From positions 1-59,773 of the forward strand of contig JBQLZK010000047.1 of NCBI GenBank assembly GCA_052168235.1: 59,773 nt of DNA, written 5' to 3'. Shown here one piece after another: positions 43,688 to 53,568 of the stretch (position 1 is its first letter; each line of letters begins with the position of its first letter). Position numbers and translations under genes: made by a program. Below the pieces are notes generated by a model. That model did no database searches. It was given only the letters and a program-made list of their open reading frames with translations, and was not told the origin of the DNA. This DNA is from Thainema sp. (lineage in GTDB: Bacteria > Cyanobacteriota > Cyanobacteriia > Phormidesmidales > Phormidesmidaceae).

Positions 43688-44339
43688 TCGCACTGTTTTG
43701 ACATCAGTTGTTCGTGGAGTTGCCGCCTTAACGCTGGGTTTAGTGATTGGCGCACCAACGGTTGCCAGAGGGGATGAACCTAATCTGCCCCCCAGTGCTG
43801 GCGGTTCGCGCGATCCATTATTTTGCATCGTTGCTCCAGTGTTGCCTCAGCGCCAGGTTTCCACTATCTGGAGCGCAAATCCTGTTTTCTTCTGGGCAGG
43901 CAATATCAGCCGGATTGAAGTCACCCCCAATGATGATCGCGACACTGTCCTGTGGAGCTACGAACCCACAGCAGGTGAGCTGCAGGTTACGTACAGCGGT
44001 GAACCCCTTACCCCCAATACGGTTTATCAGTGGGCGCTGTATAACCAGCGTGGCACTTTGATATTTACCGCTCCGTTCCAGCTGATTGAAACCGCAGAAC
44101 ATGACCAAATTGCAGATGCACTCACAGAACTGGAAACTGAGCTTGTCTCTGAAAATGCGTCTGAAGATGCGATCGCACTGGCTCGCACCAGTTTCTTCGC
44201 TGAACAAGAACTCTGGGCCGACGCTTTACGTGAAGCCGCTCAAGTGACTGATAAATCATCTCGTAGCGCCCAGTATCTCCAAGCTGTCCGCGCTGCCGCT
44301 TGTCCACAAATGATTGGCAATAGCACCAACAACGAATAA
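43680..44339 (+). CDS. DUF928-like exported protein
   Basis: Signal peptide, AGGSR..C, P.FFW, L.PNTVYQW, LWADAL; overlaps the CHASE2 gene by 8 nt. Confidence 0.7.
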   Translation: MVNRTVLTSVVRGVAALTLGLVIGAPTVARGDEPNLPPSAGGSRDPLFCIVAPVLPQRQVSTIWSANPVFFWAGNISRIEVTPNDDRDTVLWSYEPTAGELQVTYSGEPLTPNTVYQWALYNQRGTLIFTAPFQLIETAEHDQIADALTELETELVSENASEDAIALARTSFFAEQELWADALREAAQVTDKSSRSAQYLQAVRAAACPQMIGNSTNNE

Positions 44340-44537
44340 ACAAATAGCAGGTTCAAAACACTCAATCAAAAACAAATCACCGTTGGGAAAAGTCGCAATG
44401 CGGATCTTTTCCCAACGGTGATTTAGTTTTTGCTGGGTCACATTATCGGCAAAAATTGAGATATTACGTAGGGACGAATGGCTATTCGCCCCTCCTCTGC
44501 GTAACCTGGCGTTTACATCAATTTGACTTCAGCTGCT

Positions 44538-45242
44538 ATGCCATCCAATCTCTCAACCCAATCTGTTTCGTCCCTAAAAGCCATCGACTTTGCCACGAAT
44601 AACCGTCCGCAAGTCATTTTTCTAGATGCGGTCGGGACACTGTTTGGTGTGCGCGATAGTGTGGGCATTGCCTACTGTCAAATTGCTGAGCGGTTTGGCG
44701 TCCAAGCGGATGCTGAACAGGTGAATACGGCCTTTATCACTAGCTTTCGGGCAGCTCCCTCAATGGCCTTTCCAGATGCCCATGCCGATGAGATTCCGCA
44801 ACAAGAGTACGACTGGTGGGCTGCGATCGCAGTTCAAACCTTTGAACAAGTGGGCCTGTTGGATCAGTTTGCTGATTTTGATGCCTTTTTCTCGGATTTA
44901 TACGAGCATTTCAAAACAGCGAAACCCTGGTTCGTCTATCCTGATGTCTGGGAGGCGCTGAAACATTGGCAGCAACAGGGTATTCCCCTCGGTGTTCTGT
45001 CCAACTTTGACTCCCGCTTGTATCCCGTCCTAGAAGCGCTAGAGCTAGCACCCTGGTTTGACTCTGTGACCATCTCCACAGAAGTCGGAGCCGCCAAACC
45101 CGATGCCAAAGTTTTTGAAACTGCGATCGCAAAGCATAACTGTCCCCCAGCCGCCGCCCTGCACATTGGAGACAGTCATTCAATGGACTATGAAGGAGCC
45201 TGTGCGGCTGGCCTACAGGCGATTTGGCTCGATCGGACGTAA
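44538..45242 (+). CDS. HAD-IA family hydrolase (REG-2-like)
   Basis: IFLDAVGTL, LSNFD, KPD, HIGDS...D; start uncertain. Confidence 0.92.
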   Translation: MPSNLSTQSVSSLKAIDFATNNRPQVIFLDAVGTLFGVRDSVGIAYCQIAERFGVQADAEQVNTAFITSFRAAPSMAFPDAHADEIPQQEYDWWAAIAVQTFEQVGLLDQFADFDAFFSDLYEHFKTAKPWFVYPDVWEALKHWQQQGIPLGVLSNFDSRLYPVLEALELAPWFDSVTISTEVGAAKPDAKVFETAIAKHNCPPAAALHIGDSHSMDYEGACAAGLQAIWLDRT

Positions 45243-45339
45243 TCTCTAGACGGCGCTGTTCAATTTATCCATGATCCTGTGAGAGTCGTCAGGTAAGATC
45301 TCGGAGTACCTGTAGTTTTGACATAAGTTATATAAATTG

Positions 45340-45747
45340 ATGGCTGCAACTCTAAAAGAATTTCTAGAAGCCTGTGAATCACTGGGACTCTTGCGCCTGA
45401 TTGTCACCAGTAGCGCAGCGGTGTTGGAGGCGCGAGGCAACATCGAAAAGCTGTTCTACGCCGAATTACCCAAAGGCAAGTATGCCAACATGCACCAAGA
45501 GGGCTTCGAGTTCCACCTGAACATGGACGCGATTCAGCAAGTGAAATTTGAAGAAGGCGAGGCCAAGCGGGGTAACTTTACCACCTATGCCATTCGTCTC
45601 GTAGATGGCGACGGCAACAATGCTCTCAGCCTGTTTTTGCAGTGGGGCAAACCCGGTGAATATGCTCCCGGTCAGGTAGAAGCGTGGCAAAAGCTACGAG
45701 ACGAGTACGGCGAGGTGTGGCAGCCAGCTCCAGTTGAAGCATTGTGA
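45340..45747 (+). CDS. ChuX/HutX family heme-like substrate-binding protein
   Basis: LRLIVTSSAAVLEARG...GKYANMH...FEFHL. Confidence 0.75.
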   Translation: MAATLKEFLEACESLGLLRLIVTSSAAVLEARGNIEKLFYAELPKGKYANMHQEGFEFHLNMDAIQQVKFEEGEAKRGNFTTYAIRLVDGDGNNALSLFLQWGKPGEYAPGQVEAWQKLRDEYGEVWQPAPVEAL

Positions 45748-45750
45748 GCT

Positions 45751-46590
45751 ATGGGTAACTATCGGTCAAAAAAGCGTAAACCTTACAATCCACGACGGGT
45801 TTGGGTCTTTCTGATCTTTCTGGGGCTGGTGTGGATCTTCTGTACGGGTGCGGCTCAGGCGGGAGAGATTTGCGATCGCATTTCCAACTATCCCAACTGG
45901 CAAGGCAAACCGCCTGTGGAATCGGCTGAGGGAGATTTAGCCTATCCCAACTGGATCGAGGGAGAGTGGATCGTCACTACCACACTGGTAGATTTGACTG
46001 CTCCCCTCGCTCCAGAGGTGACAACGCCAGGATTTGAAGGCAATAGGCAGTACCTGAACCAGCCTGTCGCTTTTCACGTCCGGTTCAAACCGAATGATGT
46101 AGCCCAGCCTGCGCCCCGCTTTTTGCCGCTGCCTCAGCTTGCTCCTGCCACATTCTCAGCCGATACACAGCATGAGATTGTGGCCGATCGAGCATTTAAC
46201 GGCTTGAATCTCGCGACAGCTTATCTGGGCAAGGAGGCTGTGGTTGATGTCAAGGTCGATCCAGATTCGCCCAATCGCCAAATTACGCTGCTGCGCGGCA
46301 ATCGGCAGCTCATCTCCACGGTGACGGGTCGGGCCATTGAAACGCCTGATGATCAGCATTTTTTGACAACTGAAGTGTTTCAGCAAGTTTTTCGCGGTGC
46401 GCCCCAGCTTTATTTCAATCAGGTCGAAACGACGACGGCTTATACCTATCATCCCCAAGCCGATATCCCCATCACCGCTGACCAAATCACCGCGATTTAT
46501 CTGTCGTCCCAAGATGCTGATTATTTCAAGGCCCTGAACCATCCAGTCGCCCTCTACCGCTACGATATGGAATTTCACCACATTCCGTAA
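45751..46590 (+). CDS. Conserved exported hypothetical protein (DUF6816-like)
   Basis: Signal peptide; GDLAYP.W..G.W, VADRAFN, VETTTAY. Confidence 0.7.
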   Translation: MGNYRSKKRKPYNPRRVWVFLIFLGLVWIFCTGAAQAGEICDRISNYPNWQGKPPVESAEGDLAYPNWIEGEWIVTTTLVDLTAPLAPEVTTPGFEGNRQYLNQPVAFHVRFKPNDVAQPAPRFLPLPQLAPATFSADTQHEIVADRAFNGLNLATAYLGKEAVVDVKVDPDSPNRQITLLRGNRQLISTVTGRAIETPDDQHFLTTEVFQQVFRGAPQLYFNQVETTTAYTYHPQADIPITADQITAIYLSSQDADYFKALNHPVALYRYDMEFHHIP

Positions 46591-47060
46591 AAACACCGAT
46601 ATTTCATTGCATCGCCCCTAAGGATTGGGTATCTACAGCCTTCCCCCATCCACGATCCTTAAAAAACCGACAAGAACCCATACATACTGTTGAACAGTGT
46701 TACAAATTTGGCCTACGCTATCGTTTCTTTAAATTCTTAGGAAAGATCGTAAGATCTACCGTCCATGTCAGGGCATACTTAAGTGCAGGCTAGGATCGGC
46801 AAAGTCCGCTCTAGGCATCGCGAAATGGTTCCCCCATTTTGGATACGATTGGACTAGAGTAAGACTATCTGATTAGACATTTGCATTAGGCATTCACAGG
46901 CTAGTCGGATAAGAGCTCGGATTGATAGATACCGATCCCTTGCGATAGGTCTTCTAGGGTCTAGATTGAACCGCAGGCGCAGATTGCTCCTACCTTCAGC
47001 ACTTGGACTCCCAAAGGCTTATCGTCCACCTCTGCCCAATGGAATCTAGAGGCCAAATCC

Positions 47061-47573
47061 ATGATTGAAATGAAGGTCGCTGGAATTGCACTGGATGCGC
47101 TCTCTCGCAGTCCGATTGTGCTGCTCCGGGATGCTGCTGACCGTCGCCAACTCCCTATCTTCATCGCGCAAGAGCAGGCAAAGTCGATCATCAATGCGCT
47201 TGAAGACCAGACTCCTGTTCGTCCACTCACCCACGACTTGATCGTCAATCTAATTGAAGAGTGGGACATGACGCTGGAGCGGATTGTGATTCACTCGCTG
47301 CGAGACAACACGTTTTATGCTGTTTTGACCCTTAAGCAAGGTGAAGTCAAGAAGGAAATTGACGCTCGCCCCAGTGATGCGATCGCAATTGCCATCCGGT
47401 TAGATAGCCCAATCTGGGTAATGGAAGAAGTGGTCTTAGAAGCGGCGATCCCGGTGGATCGTGAAGCGGACGAAGCTGAGCGGAAAGCATTTAAGGACTT
47501 CGTCTCTGACATCCGTCCCGAAGATTTTGCCCAACAGCGGCACCGATTTACGGGCGGTAGTGAAACCTCGTAA
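47061..47573 (+). CDS. Bifunctional nuclease family protein (DUF151)
   Basis: PIVLL, LPIFI, RPLTHDL, IDARPSDAIAIA. Confidence 0.93.
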   Translation: MIEMKVAGIALDALSRSPIVLLRDAADRRQLPIFIAQEQAKSIINALEDQTPVRPLTHDLIVNLIEEWDMTLERIVIHSLRDNTFYAVLTLKQGEVKKEIDARPSDAIAIAIRLDSPIWVMEEVVLEAAIPVDREADEAERKAFKDFVSDIRPEDFAQQRHRFTGGSETS

Positions 47574-47681
47574 TGGAACGTTAAATCGAGAAAATAGCCA
47601 TCAGCTCTGCCGATGGCTATTTTTGTCTCTAGATCGTTGTCTCTAAACTGTACTTGTCCAACGTTTTACTGTAAAAAGACT

Positions 47682-47736
47682 AATTTAGCTTTTCGCCAAC
47701 CCCTCGCGGTGCGAGGGGTTGGCGAAAAGCTAAATT
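47682..47736. repeat. Perfect palindrome, 26-bp arms
   Basis: AATTTAGCTTTTCGCCAACCCCTCGC-GGT-GCGAGGGGTTGGCGAAAAGCTAAATT. Confidence 0.95.
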
Positions 47737-47754
47737 TGGTTTTGCTCCTAACCC

Positions 47755-48891
47755 ATGCACTATCGACGATTTGGTCAAACCGAGCAGCAGCTATCAGTCT
47801 TCTCGCTCGGCACAATGCGCTGTTTAGCCTCAGCGGATATCTTCACGCAAACGGTTCAGCAGGCGCTGAACTCTGGCATTAATCATATCGAGACGGCCAT
47901 TGGCTATGGACAGAGCGAAGTTTATTTGGGACAAGCGTTACGTGAGTTAGATATTCCGCGATCGCAACTTTATATCACGACCAAAATCCCCCCCACGCCC
48001 GATGCCGCGACAATGGCGCAGCAGATTGAACAGTCGCTGGCTCGGCTGGACATGGGGTATATCGACAATCTGGCAATCCACGGTATCAACACCCCAGAGC
48101 ATCTCCAGTGGGTCACAGCCGAACAGGGCTGCATGAGTGCAGTACGGGAAGCAGTACAGGCAGGTCAGATTCACCATGTGGGCTTTTCGACTCATGGCTC
48201 GCTGGAGCTGATTCTAGATGCGATCGCAACGGGTTTATTCGCATTCGTCAACCTGCACTATTACCTCTTCTTTCAGCGCCACGCAGCGGCAATCGAGCTT
48301 GCCCATCAGCGAGACATGGGCATATTCATTATTTCCCCAACCGACAAAGGCGGACAGCTCTATACCCCTCCTGAAAAGCTCCGTCAGCTTTGTCAGCCCT
48401 ATTCGCCCTTAGAACTCAATTACCGCTTTCTGCTCAGCGATCCTCGCATTACCACCCTCAGCGTCGGAGCCGCCACTCCAGACGAACTCTATGAACCCTT
48501 AACTATTTGCGATCGCACGGACACCCTCGCCCCCTTAACGCCACTCGAACAACAAACGCTCCAACAGCTAGATCAAGCCCAAACTGACGCTCTAGGTTGC
48601 GATCGCTGCCAGCAATGTCACGCCTGCTTACCCTGCCCGGAGGAGATCAACATCCCCGAAGTGCTACGTCTGCGAAATCTTGCCGTAGCCTACGATATGA
48701 CCACCTTTGGTCAGTACCGCTACCGCATGTTTGAAAATGCCGGGCACTGGTTCCCCGGCAAACAAGCCAATCGCTGCACCGAATGCGGTGACTGCCTGCC
48801 CCGCTGTCCCGAACGGCTTGAGATTCCCAGATTGCTATTTGATACCCACGACCGTCTCCAAGGGCCAGCCCGTCGTCGGCTGTGGGGCTAG
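47755..48891 (+). CDS. Aldo/keto reductase with C-terminal 4Fe-4S dicluster domain
   Basis: YRRFG, LGTMR, ETA.GYG.SE; CQQCHACLPCP and CTECGDCLPRCP. Confidence 0.92.
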   Translation: MHYRRFGQTEQQLSVFSLGTMRCLASADIFTQTVQQALNSGINHIETAIGYGQSEVYLGQALRELDIPRSQLYITTKIPPTPDAATMAQQIEQSLARLDMGYIDNLAIHGINTPEHLQWVTAEQGCMSAVREAVQAGQIHHVGFSTHGSLELILDAIATGLFAFVNLHYYLFFQRHAAAIELAHQRDMGIFIISPTDKGGQLYTPPEKLRQLCQPYSPLELNYRFLLSDPRITTLSVGAATPDELYEPLTICDRTDTLAPLTPLEQQTLQQLDQAQTDALGCDRCQQCHACLPCPEEINIPEVLRLRNLAVAYDMTTFGQYRYRMFENAGHWFPGKQANRCTECGDCLPRCPERLEIPRLLFDTHDRLQGPARRRLWG

Positions 48892-49371
48892 CACTTTACC
48901 TCTGAATTGCACTCACACCTTACACCTCTCGCCTTATTTTCCAATGCTTAAGACAAACTAGAGAGATAGCTTCAGTCAATCCCCCTCCAGGGGATATACG
49001 TTATACTACGAAACCAATATGGCACTAAAAAAATCCGCTGGTTAAGATCAAGCTCATTTTCTGAAAGCTATGCATCACATACTTTTCAGAGATTTGCTCA
49101 TAGTCTTTCAGCTAGATTCTTTAATGACTCTGCTAACCAATAGGCGTATGTCCAAAATCTGACCTAGCGCAGATTGCCTAGCCGGGTTGTTTTGCCAAGA
49201 TAGGGAGGCGTTGACTGCCCATTTCATCGCTTCAACTCATGGGTTGAACCGGAGAAATGGGCACTTAACTAACGGTTGCAAGGTCGCAATAAATAATCGA
49301 TTGTGACTTTGCGTTTAAACCTGATTGATCCTTATCTTTCATATCTCGTCTGAATTAAAGAACCATCGTGG

Positions 49372-49412
49372 TGTTTCGCAAACAGCCTGCGCCGCAGGCT
49401 GTTTGCGAAACA
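49372..49412. repeat. Perfect palindrome, 20-bp arms
   Basis: TGTTTCGCAAACAGCCTGCG-C-CGCAGGCTGTTTGCGAAACA. Confidence 0.95.
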
Positions 49413-49534
49413 TGAGCTAGGTTTCTACAAATTCGGTATTCAACGCTAAACATCACAAGCTAATTGTTAATTCACCAGTTGACCAACCCGTTATCAACAC
49501 TGAACTAACTGACACACTGCTAGAGGAGTTCAAC

Positions 49535-50734
49535 GTGGTCACTACCCCCGAAACCGTACAAGCATCTACATCTCCCGCTCAAACTAGTCGCGATCGCGTT
49601 GCGGTCTTGCTAATGGGCTATGGCGAAGTAGAAAGCTATGACGATTTTGCCAATTACAACGAACAAGCACTCAATCTGCTAACTGCCAAATTTGCCCCAG
49701 TACCGACCTGGATTTATCCTGCGATCGCACGTTTGCTGGCTGTGTTTGATCTGCATGAATGGAATCACCAGCACGGCAACTTTATTTCTCCCCACAACGC
49801 CATTTTCGAGAACCAGCGCGCCGGTATCGAAAAGTCTCTCCAGGATCGCTGGGGTGAGCAGGTCAAAGTTTTCAAAGCATTTAACTTCTGTGCCCCCCAT
49901 CTGCCGGAGCAGGTGTTGGCGGAAATCAAGGCTCAGGGCTTTGACAAAATTCTGATCTATCCGCTACTGGTGGTAGACTCCATCTTTACCAGCGGCATCG
50001 CCGTAGAGCAGGTCAATAATGCTCTAGCCAATCTAGCTGATCCGGGCAGCGAACACTGGGTCAAAGGCATGCGCTACATCCCGTCGTTCTACAACGAACC
50101 TGCCTATATCGACCGCTTAGCCAAGATGGTCGAAGACAAGATCGACGATTACTTAGCGGTGGCTCATCTACCGTCCCAAACTGGGATTATCCTGATGAAT
50201 CACGGCTGTCCGCACAATGCCAAAGGCTTTACCTCTGGCATTGCCGAAAGCGAAGCACTTTATGAACTGGTTCGCGCAAGGCTGATTCACCGCTATCCGC
50301 TGATTTCGGTGGGCTGGTTGAATCACGATACGCCGCTGATTGAGTGGACACAGCCGGATGTAACCCAAGCGGCTAAAAACCTGATGGATCTAGGCGCAAC
50401 ATCGCTGGTCTTCATGCCAATTGGGTTTGCCACCGAAAACCATGAAACGCTGCTGGATGTGGATCACATCATCCAGGCCCTGCGCCGCAAGCGGCCGGAT
50501 GTCACCTACGTGCAAATGCCCTGCGTCAACGACGACCCAGAGTTTTTGCAAATGGCGGCAAACTGGGCACATCCCCAGATCGAAGCGCTGCTCTCTGAGC
50601 AGGCACTAGCGGTTACACCCAGTTTGGCGGCTACTCAGTCGAAAACCTTTGAGCGTCACACCCACGCTCATGATCACCACGTGCATGATCACGGCCACCA
50701 TCACCACGGTGATCACCACCACCATCATCACTAG
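49535..50734 (+). CDS. Ferrochelatase-family protein (non-canonical paralogue) with His-rich tail
   Basis: AVLLMGYG, SP, PL, W.QP, PIGFATENHETLLDVD, C.ND; RBS GAGGAG; tail HTHAHDHHVHDHGHHHHGDHHHHHH. Confidence 0.85.
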   Translation: MVTTPETVQASTSPAQTSRDRVAVLLMGYGEVESYDDFANYNEQALNLLTAKFAPVPTWIYPAIARLLAVFDLHEWNHQHGNFISPHNAIFENQRAGIEKSLQDRWGEQVKVFKAFNFCAPHLPEQVLAEIKAQGFDKILIYPLLVVDSIFTSGIAVEQVNNALANLADPGSEHWVKGMRYIPSFYNEPAYIDRLAKMVEDKIDDYLAVAHLPSQTGIILMNHGCPHNAKGFTSGIAESEALYELVRARLIHRYPLISVGWLNHDTPLIEWTQPDVTQAAKNLMDLGATSLVFMPIGFATENHETLLDVDHIIQALRRKRPDVTYVQMPCVNDDPEFLQMAANWAHPQIEALLSEQALAVTPSLAATQSKTFERHTHAHDHHVHDHGHHHHGDHHHHHH

Positions 50735-50753
50735 GCTTCCCAATGGCTGGATT

Positions 50754-50870
50754 TTGAGATAAATTGCTGCGCGGCAATACCGCGCAGCAATTTATCTCAA
50801 GTCTATGAATCGATGTCAAGTCAAGAAGCTGAAAGGCGGCCTGCGCTAAGCGCAGGCCGCCTTTCAGCTT
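50754..50870. repeat. Two adjacent perfect palindromes (21-bp and 22-bp arms) between convergent genes
   Basis: 50754-50774/50780-50800 and 50826-50847/50849-50870. Confidence 0.95.
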
Positions 50871-50878
50871 TTACTGTA

Positions 50879-51730
50879 TTAGCGTTCACGGAAAACTACC
50901 CAATCTTGTTCAAACGTGACATTGTATTGAGCAAAAAAGTTATTCCCGAGCAGACCAATATCCATTGCGGGTGGGGCAACGCTGATCTGTAAATTATCCG
51001 CTTTGGCTCCCGCTACATCTACCGACTGCACATAACCCGCGTACGTTTCGACAATCCGACCATCAGCCACCTGCGCCCGAACGACTCCAGCAGGCACTAC
51101 ACCCAATTCATTGGCCATTTGGGTGGTAATCACCGTGCCGCTGGCTCCCGTATCCACAATCATCGGATAGAGCTTGCCACCGTTGAAATTCACCAAAATA
51201 ACAGGTGTTCCACCAGCTCGACCAATAACGCGAGCCCGAAACGTTCGTTTTTCGCCCTGGCTGGTCACCGATGAGACCTGTAAATCATTGGCCTTGGCCT
51301 GTGCGACTTGCAAATTACGGTTGTACTCGGCAATTTTGCTTTGGGCCGCACCGTAGGATTCACTACTAGAGGGAACTTTTGTCAAAAGATTGATCGCTTG
51401 CTGCCAGCGACTGGCAACGAGTTTCCAATCATCCGGTGTGCGGGCCGTTTGGGAAATACTAAATGCACTCGACGCCCGATTGACTCCTTGGTAGTAAGCG
51501 ACGGCTCCCGGATCTGCTGCTGGCACCTCCGTCGCAGTCTCTGATTCTGTCGATGTGGTGGATGATTCCGCTGGCTCCGCTGCCGCTTCTGCCTCAGAGG
51601 AAGCTGTGATATTCGCAGAAGCTTCAATTTCAGTTGTAGAATCACTAGTCAGACTACAGCCTGAAGTCGCGATCGCAAATCCAGCAAACAGGATAAACGA
51701 CAGGGCAGAACGAGAGAATCGATAGAACAT
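50879..51730 (-). CDS. Retropepsin-like aspartic protease, probable lipoprotein
   Basis: Lipobox-like ATSGC; helical middle domain; IVDTGAS and GLLG motifs. Confidence 0.88.
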   Translation of the reverse strand: MFYRFSRSALSFILFAGFAIATSGCSLTSDSTTEIEASANITASSEAEAAAEPAESSTTSTESETATEVPAADPGAVAYYQGVNRASSAFSISQTARTPDDWKLVASRWQQAINLLTKVPSSSESYGAAQSKIAEYNRNLQVAQAKANDLQVSSVTSQGEKRTFRARVIGRAGGTPVILVNFNGGKLYPMIVDTGASGTVITTQMANELGVVPAGVVRAQVADGRIVETYAGYVQSVDVAGAKADNLQISVAPPAMDIGLLGNNFFAQYNVTFEQDWVVFRER

Positions 51731-52002
51731 GGGATTATTAGGAGTCGGTGCGTGGTGGAGTACAAAGGTGCTGAACGGAATGCTAAGCTGGCTAAGCTAT
51801 GGCCATACATTCTGGATACAAACTATAGCCACAACGTTGATTTGCCTCTTTTCGGAGAAACAGCTGACTCACAAACTTTTGTCACAAGCTGATGAAATTG
51901 TTGAGCAAAAATCCTACCCATATCCTGCCCACAAGTCGTAGGATAGTACCGCTAATCGAGCGTAATTAAGCGTATCTAAAAATTCCCTGAGGTCATTTGT
52001 CT

Positions 52003-53148
52003 ATGCCCCTTCATAATGCTGACCCGGCGTTGTTGGTCTTAAGTGATGGTAGCGTTTATCGAGGCTGGTCGTTTGGTGCATCGGGCACCGTTATGGGCGA
52101 GGTGGTCTTCAACACCGGCATGACTGGCTATCAGGAAGTACTCACCGATCCAAGCTATCGAGGACAACTGCTGACATTTACCTATACAGAACTCGGTAAT
52201 ACAGGCGTCAATCCCGAAGATGAAGAATCTCAGGCTCCCCAAGCTGTAGCTGCGATCGCACGTAATGTCTGCCATCGGCCTAGCAACTGGCGATCCACCC
52301 AGTCCTTGCCAGATTATTTGAAAACGCACAATATTCCCGGCATCTACGGCATCGATACCCGTGCCCTAACGCGCAAGCTGCGTTCATCTGGCTCGATGAA
52401 TGGTGCCGTTTCCACCCAGATTCTTGATCCAGATGAGTTGCTGCGCCAGTTGCAAGATACACCCAACATGGAAGGGTTGAATCTGGTCAACGACGTGACG
52501 ACAACGGACGTTTACGAGTGGTCTGATCCGACGGATACAATCTGGGAATTTGGCCCTGTCCCCTCCAGTCCAGACGATAAACCACTAACCGTCGTCGCCA
52601 TTGACTTCGGCGTAAAGCGCAATATTCTCCGTCGCCTTGCCAGCTATGGTTGCCGCGTCATCGTGGTACCCGTGAATACGCCACCCGAAAAAATTCTCAG
52701 CTACCAGCCCGACGGCATTTTTCTCTCGAATGGCCCTGGCGATCCGGCAGCAGTAACAGAAGGGGTGGAGACGGTGAAAGCGCTGCTGGAAAGTCAGAAA
52801 CCCATGTTCGGCATCTGTATGGGGCACCAAATTCTGGGGCTATCGCTGGGTGCCAAGACGTTCAAGCTAAAGTTTGGCCATCGCGGCCTCAATCAGCCCT
52901 GCGGACTGTCTCAGAGGGTCGAAATTACTAGCCAAAACCACGGCTTTGCCATTGACGCAGATTCGATTGCTGATGCCGAGGTAGAAGTGACCCACTTAAA
53001 CTTGAACGATCGCACGGTTGCAGGCATTCAGCATAAAACCCTGCCGATTTTCTCAGTCCAGTATCACCCAGAAGCTAGCCCTGGCCCGCATGATGCAGAC
53101 TATCTGTTTGAGAAGTTTGTTCAAACCATGCGTGAGCACAAACGCTAG
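52003..53148 (+). CDS. carA: Carbamoyl-phosphate synthase small subunit
   Basis: [34 protein letters not shown]. Confidence 0.97.
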   Translation: MPLHNADPALLVLSDGSVYRGWSFGASGTVMGEVVFNTGMTGYQEVLTDPSYRGQLLTFTYTELGNTGVNPEDEESQAPQAVAAIARNVCHRPSNWRSTQSLPDYLKTHNIPGIYGIDTRALTRKLRSSGSMNGAVSTQILDPDELLRQLQDTPNMEGLNLVNDVTTTDVYEWSDPTDTIWEFGPVPSSPDDKPLTVVAIDFGVKRNILRRLASYGCRVIVVPVNTPPEKILSYQPDGIFLSNGPGDPAAVTEGVETVKALLESQKPMFGICMGHQILGLSLGAKTFKLKFGHRGLNQPCGLSQRVEITSQNHGFAIDADSIADAEVEVTHLNLNDRTVAGIQHKTLPIFSVQYHPEASPGPHDADYLFEKFVQTMREHKR

Positions 53149-53178
53149 TCATCAAGTTTCATTTCAAAGACATTTCAA

Positions 53179-53223
53179 AGAAAGAGCGAAGGCATCCGCA
53201 ATGCGGATGCCTTCGCTCTTTCT
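53179..53223. repeat. Perfect palindrome, 22-bp arms
   Basis: AGAAAGAGCGAAGGCATCCGCA-A-TGCGGATGCCTTCGCTCTTTCT. Confidence 0.95.
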
Positions 53224-53270
53224 GCGAGTTCAATAGGGTTAGTGAGACTGCACTGGCTACATTCACATCA

Positions 53271-53341
53271 AGCGTCGCTACTCGGCAGGACACACCGATA
53301 GGGCGGCAAAGCCGCCCCTTAAACCGAGTAGCGATTAGCTA
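53271..53341. repeat. MITE-like nested hairpin
   Basis: TCGCTACTCGG/CCGAGTAGCGA arms, inner GGGCGGC-AAA-GCCGCCC; AGGACAC motif shared with the 8128-8222 element. Confidence 0.7.
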
Positions 53342-53568
53342 AAACGGGCTGAGCGGCTGTTTCCTAGAACGAATGATTCAAATCAGCCAAGGGGGCTAGG
53401 CTGCTGATCCATCGTTCCTTCAGGTAACTCAGCACTTGTTGTGGAGTTGCCAAACTTTAGAATGACTAAACACGCCTAAAATTCGGCTAAGCCATCAATC
53501 ATCACGATAAAAACAGTTATCTGAAATGGCTGTGAGAAAAAGTTATGAAAAATTAGGTCTTGTCCCAA

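Noticed and set aside
45340..50734. HutX-like, Fe-S reductase and ferrochelatase-like genes as one heme operon
   Set aside because: Separated by long intergenic gaps and unrelated genes; no shared motif seen.
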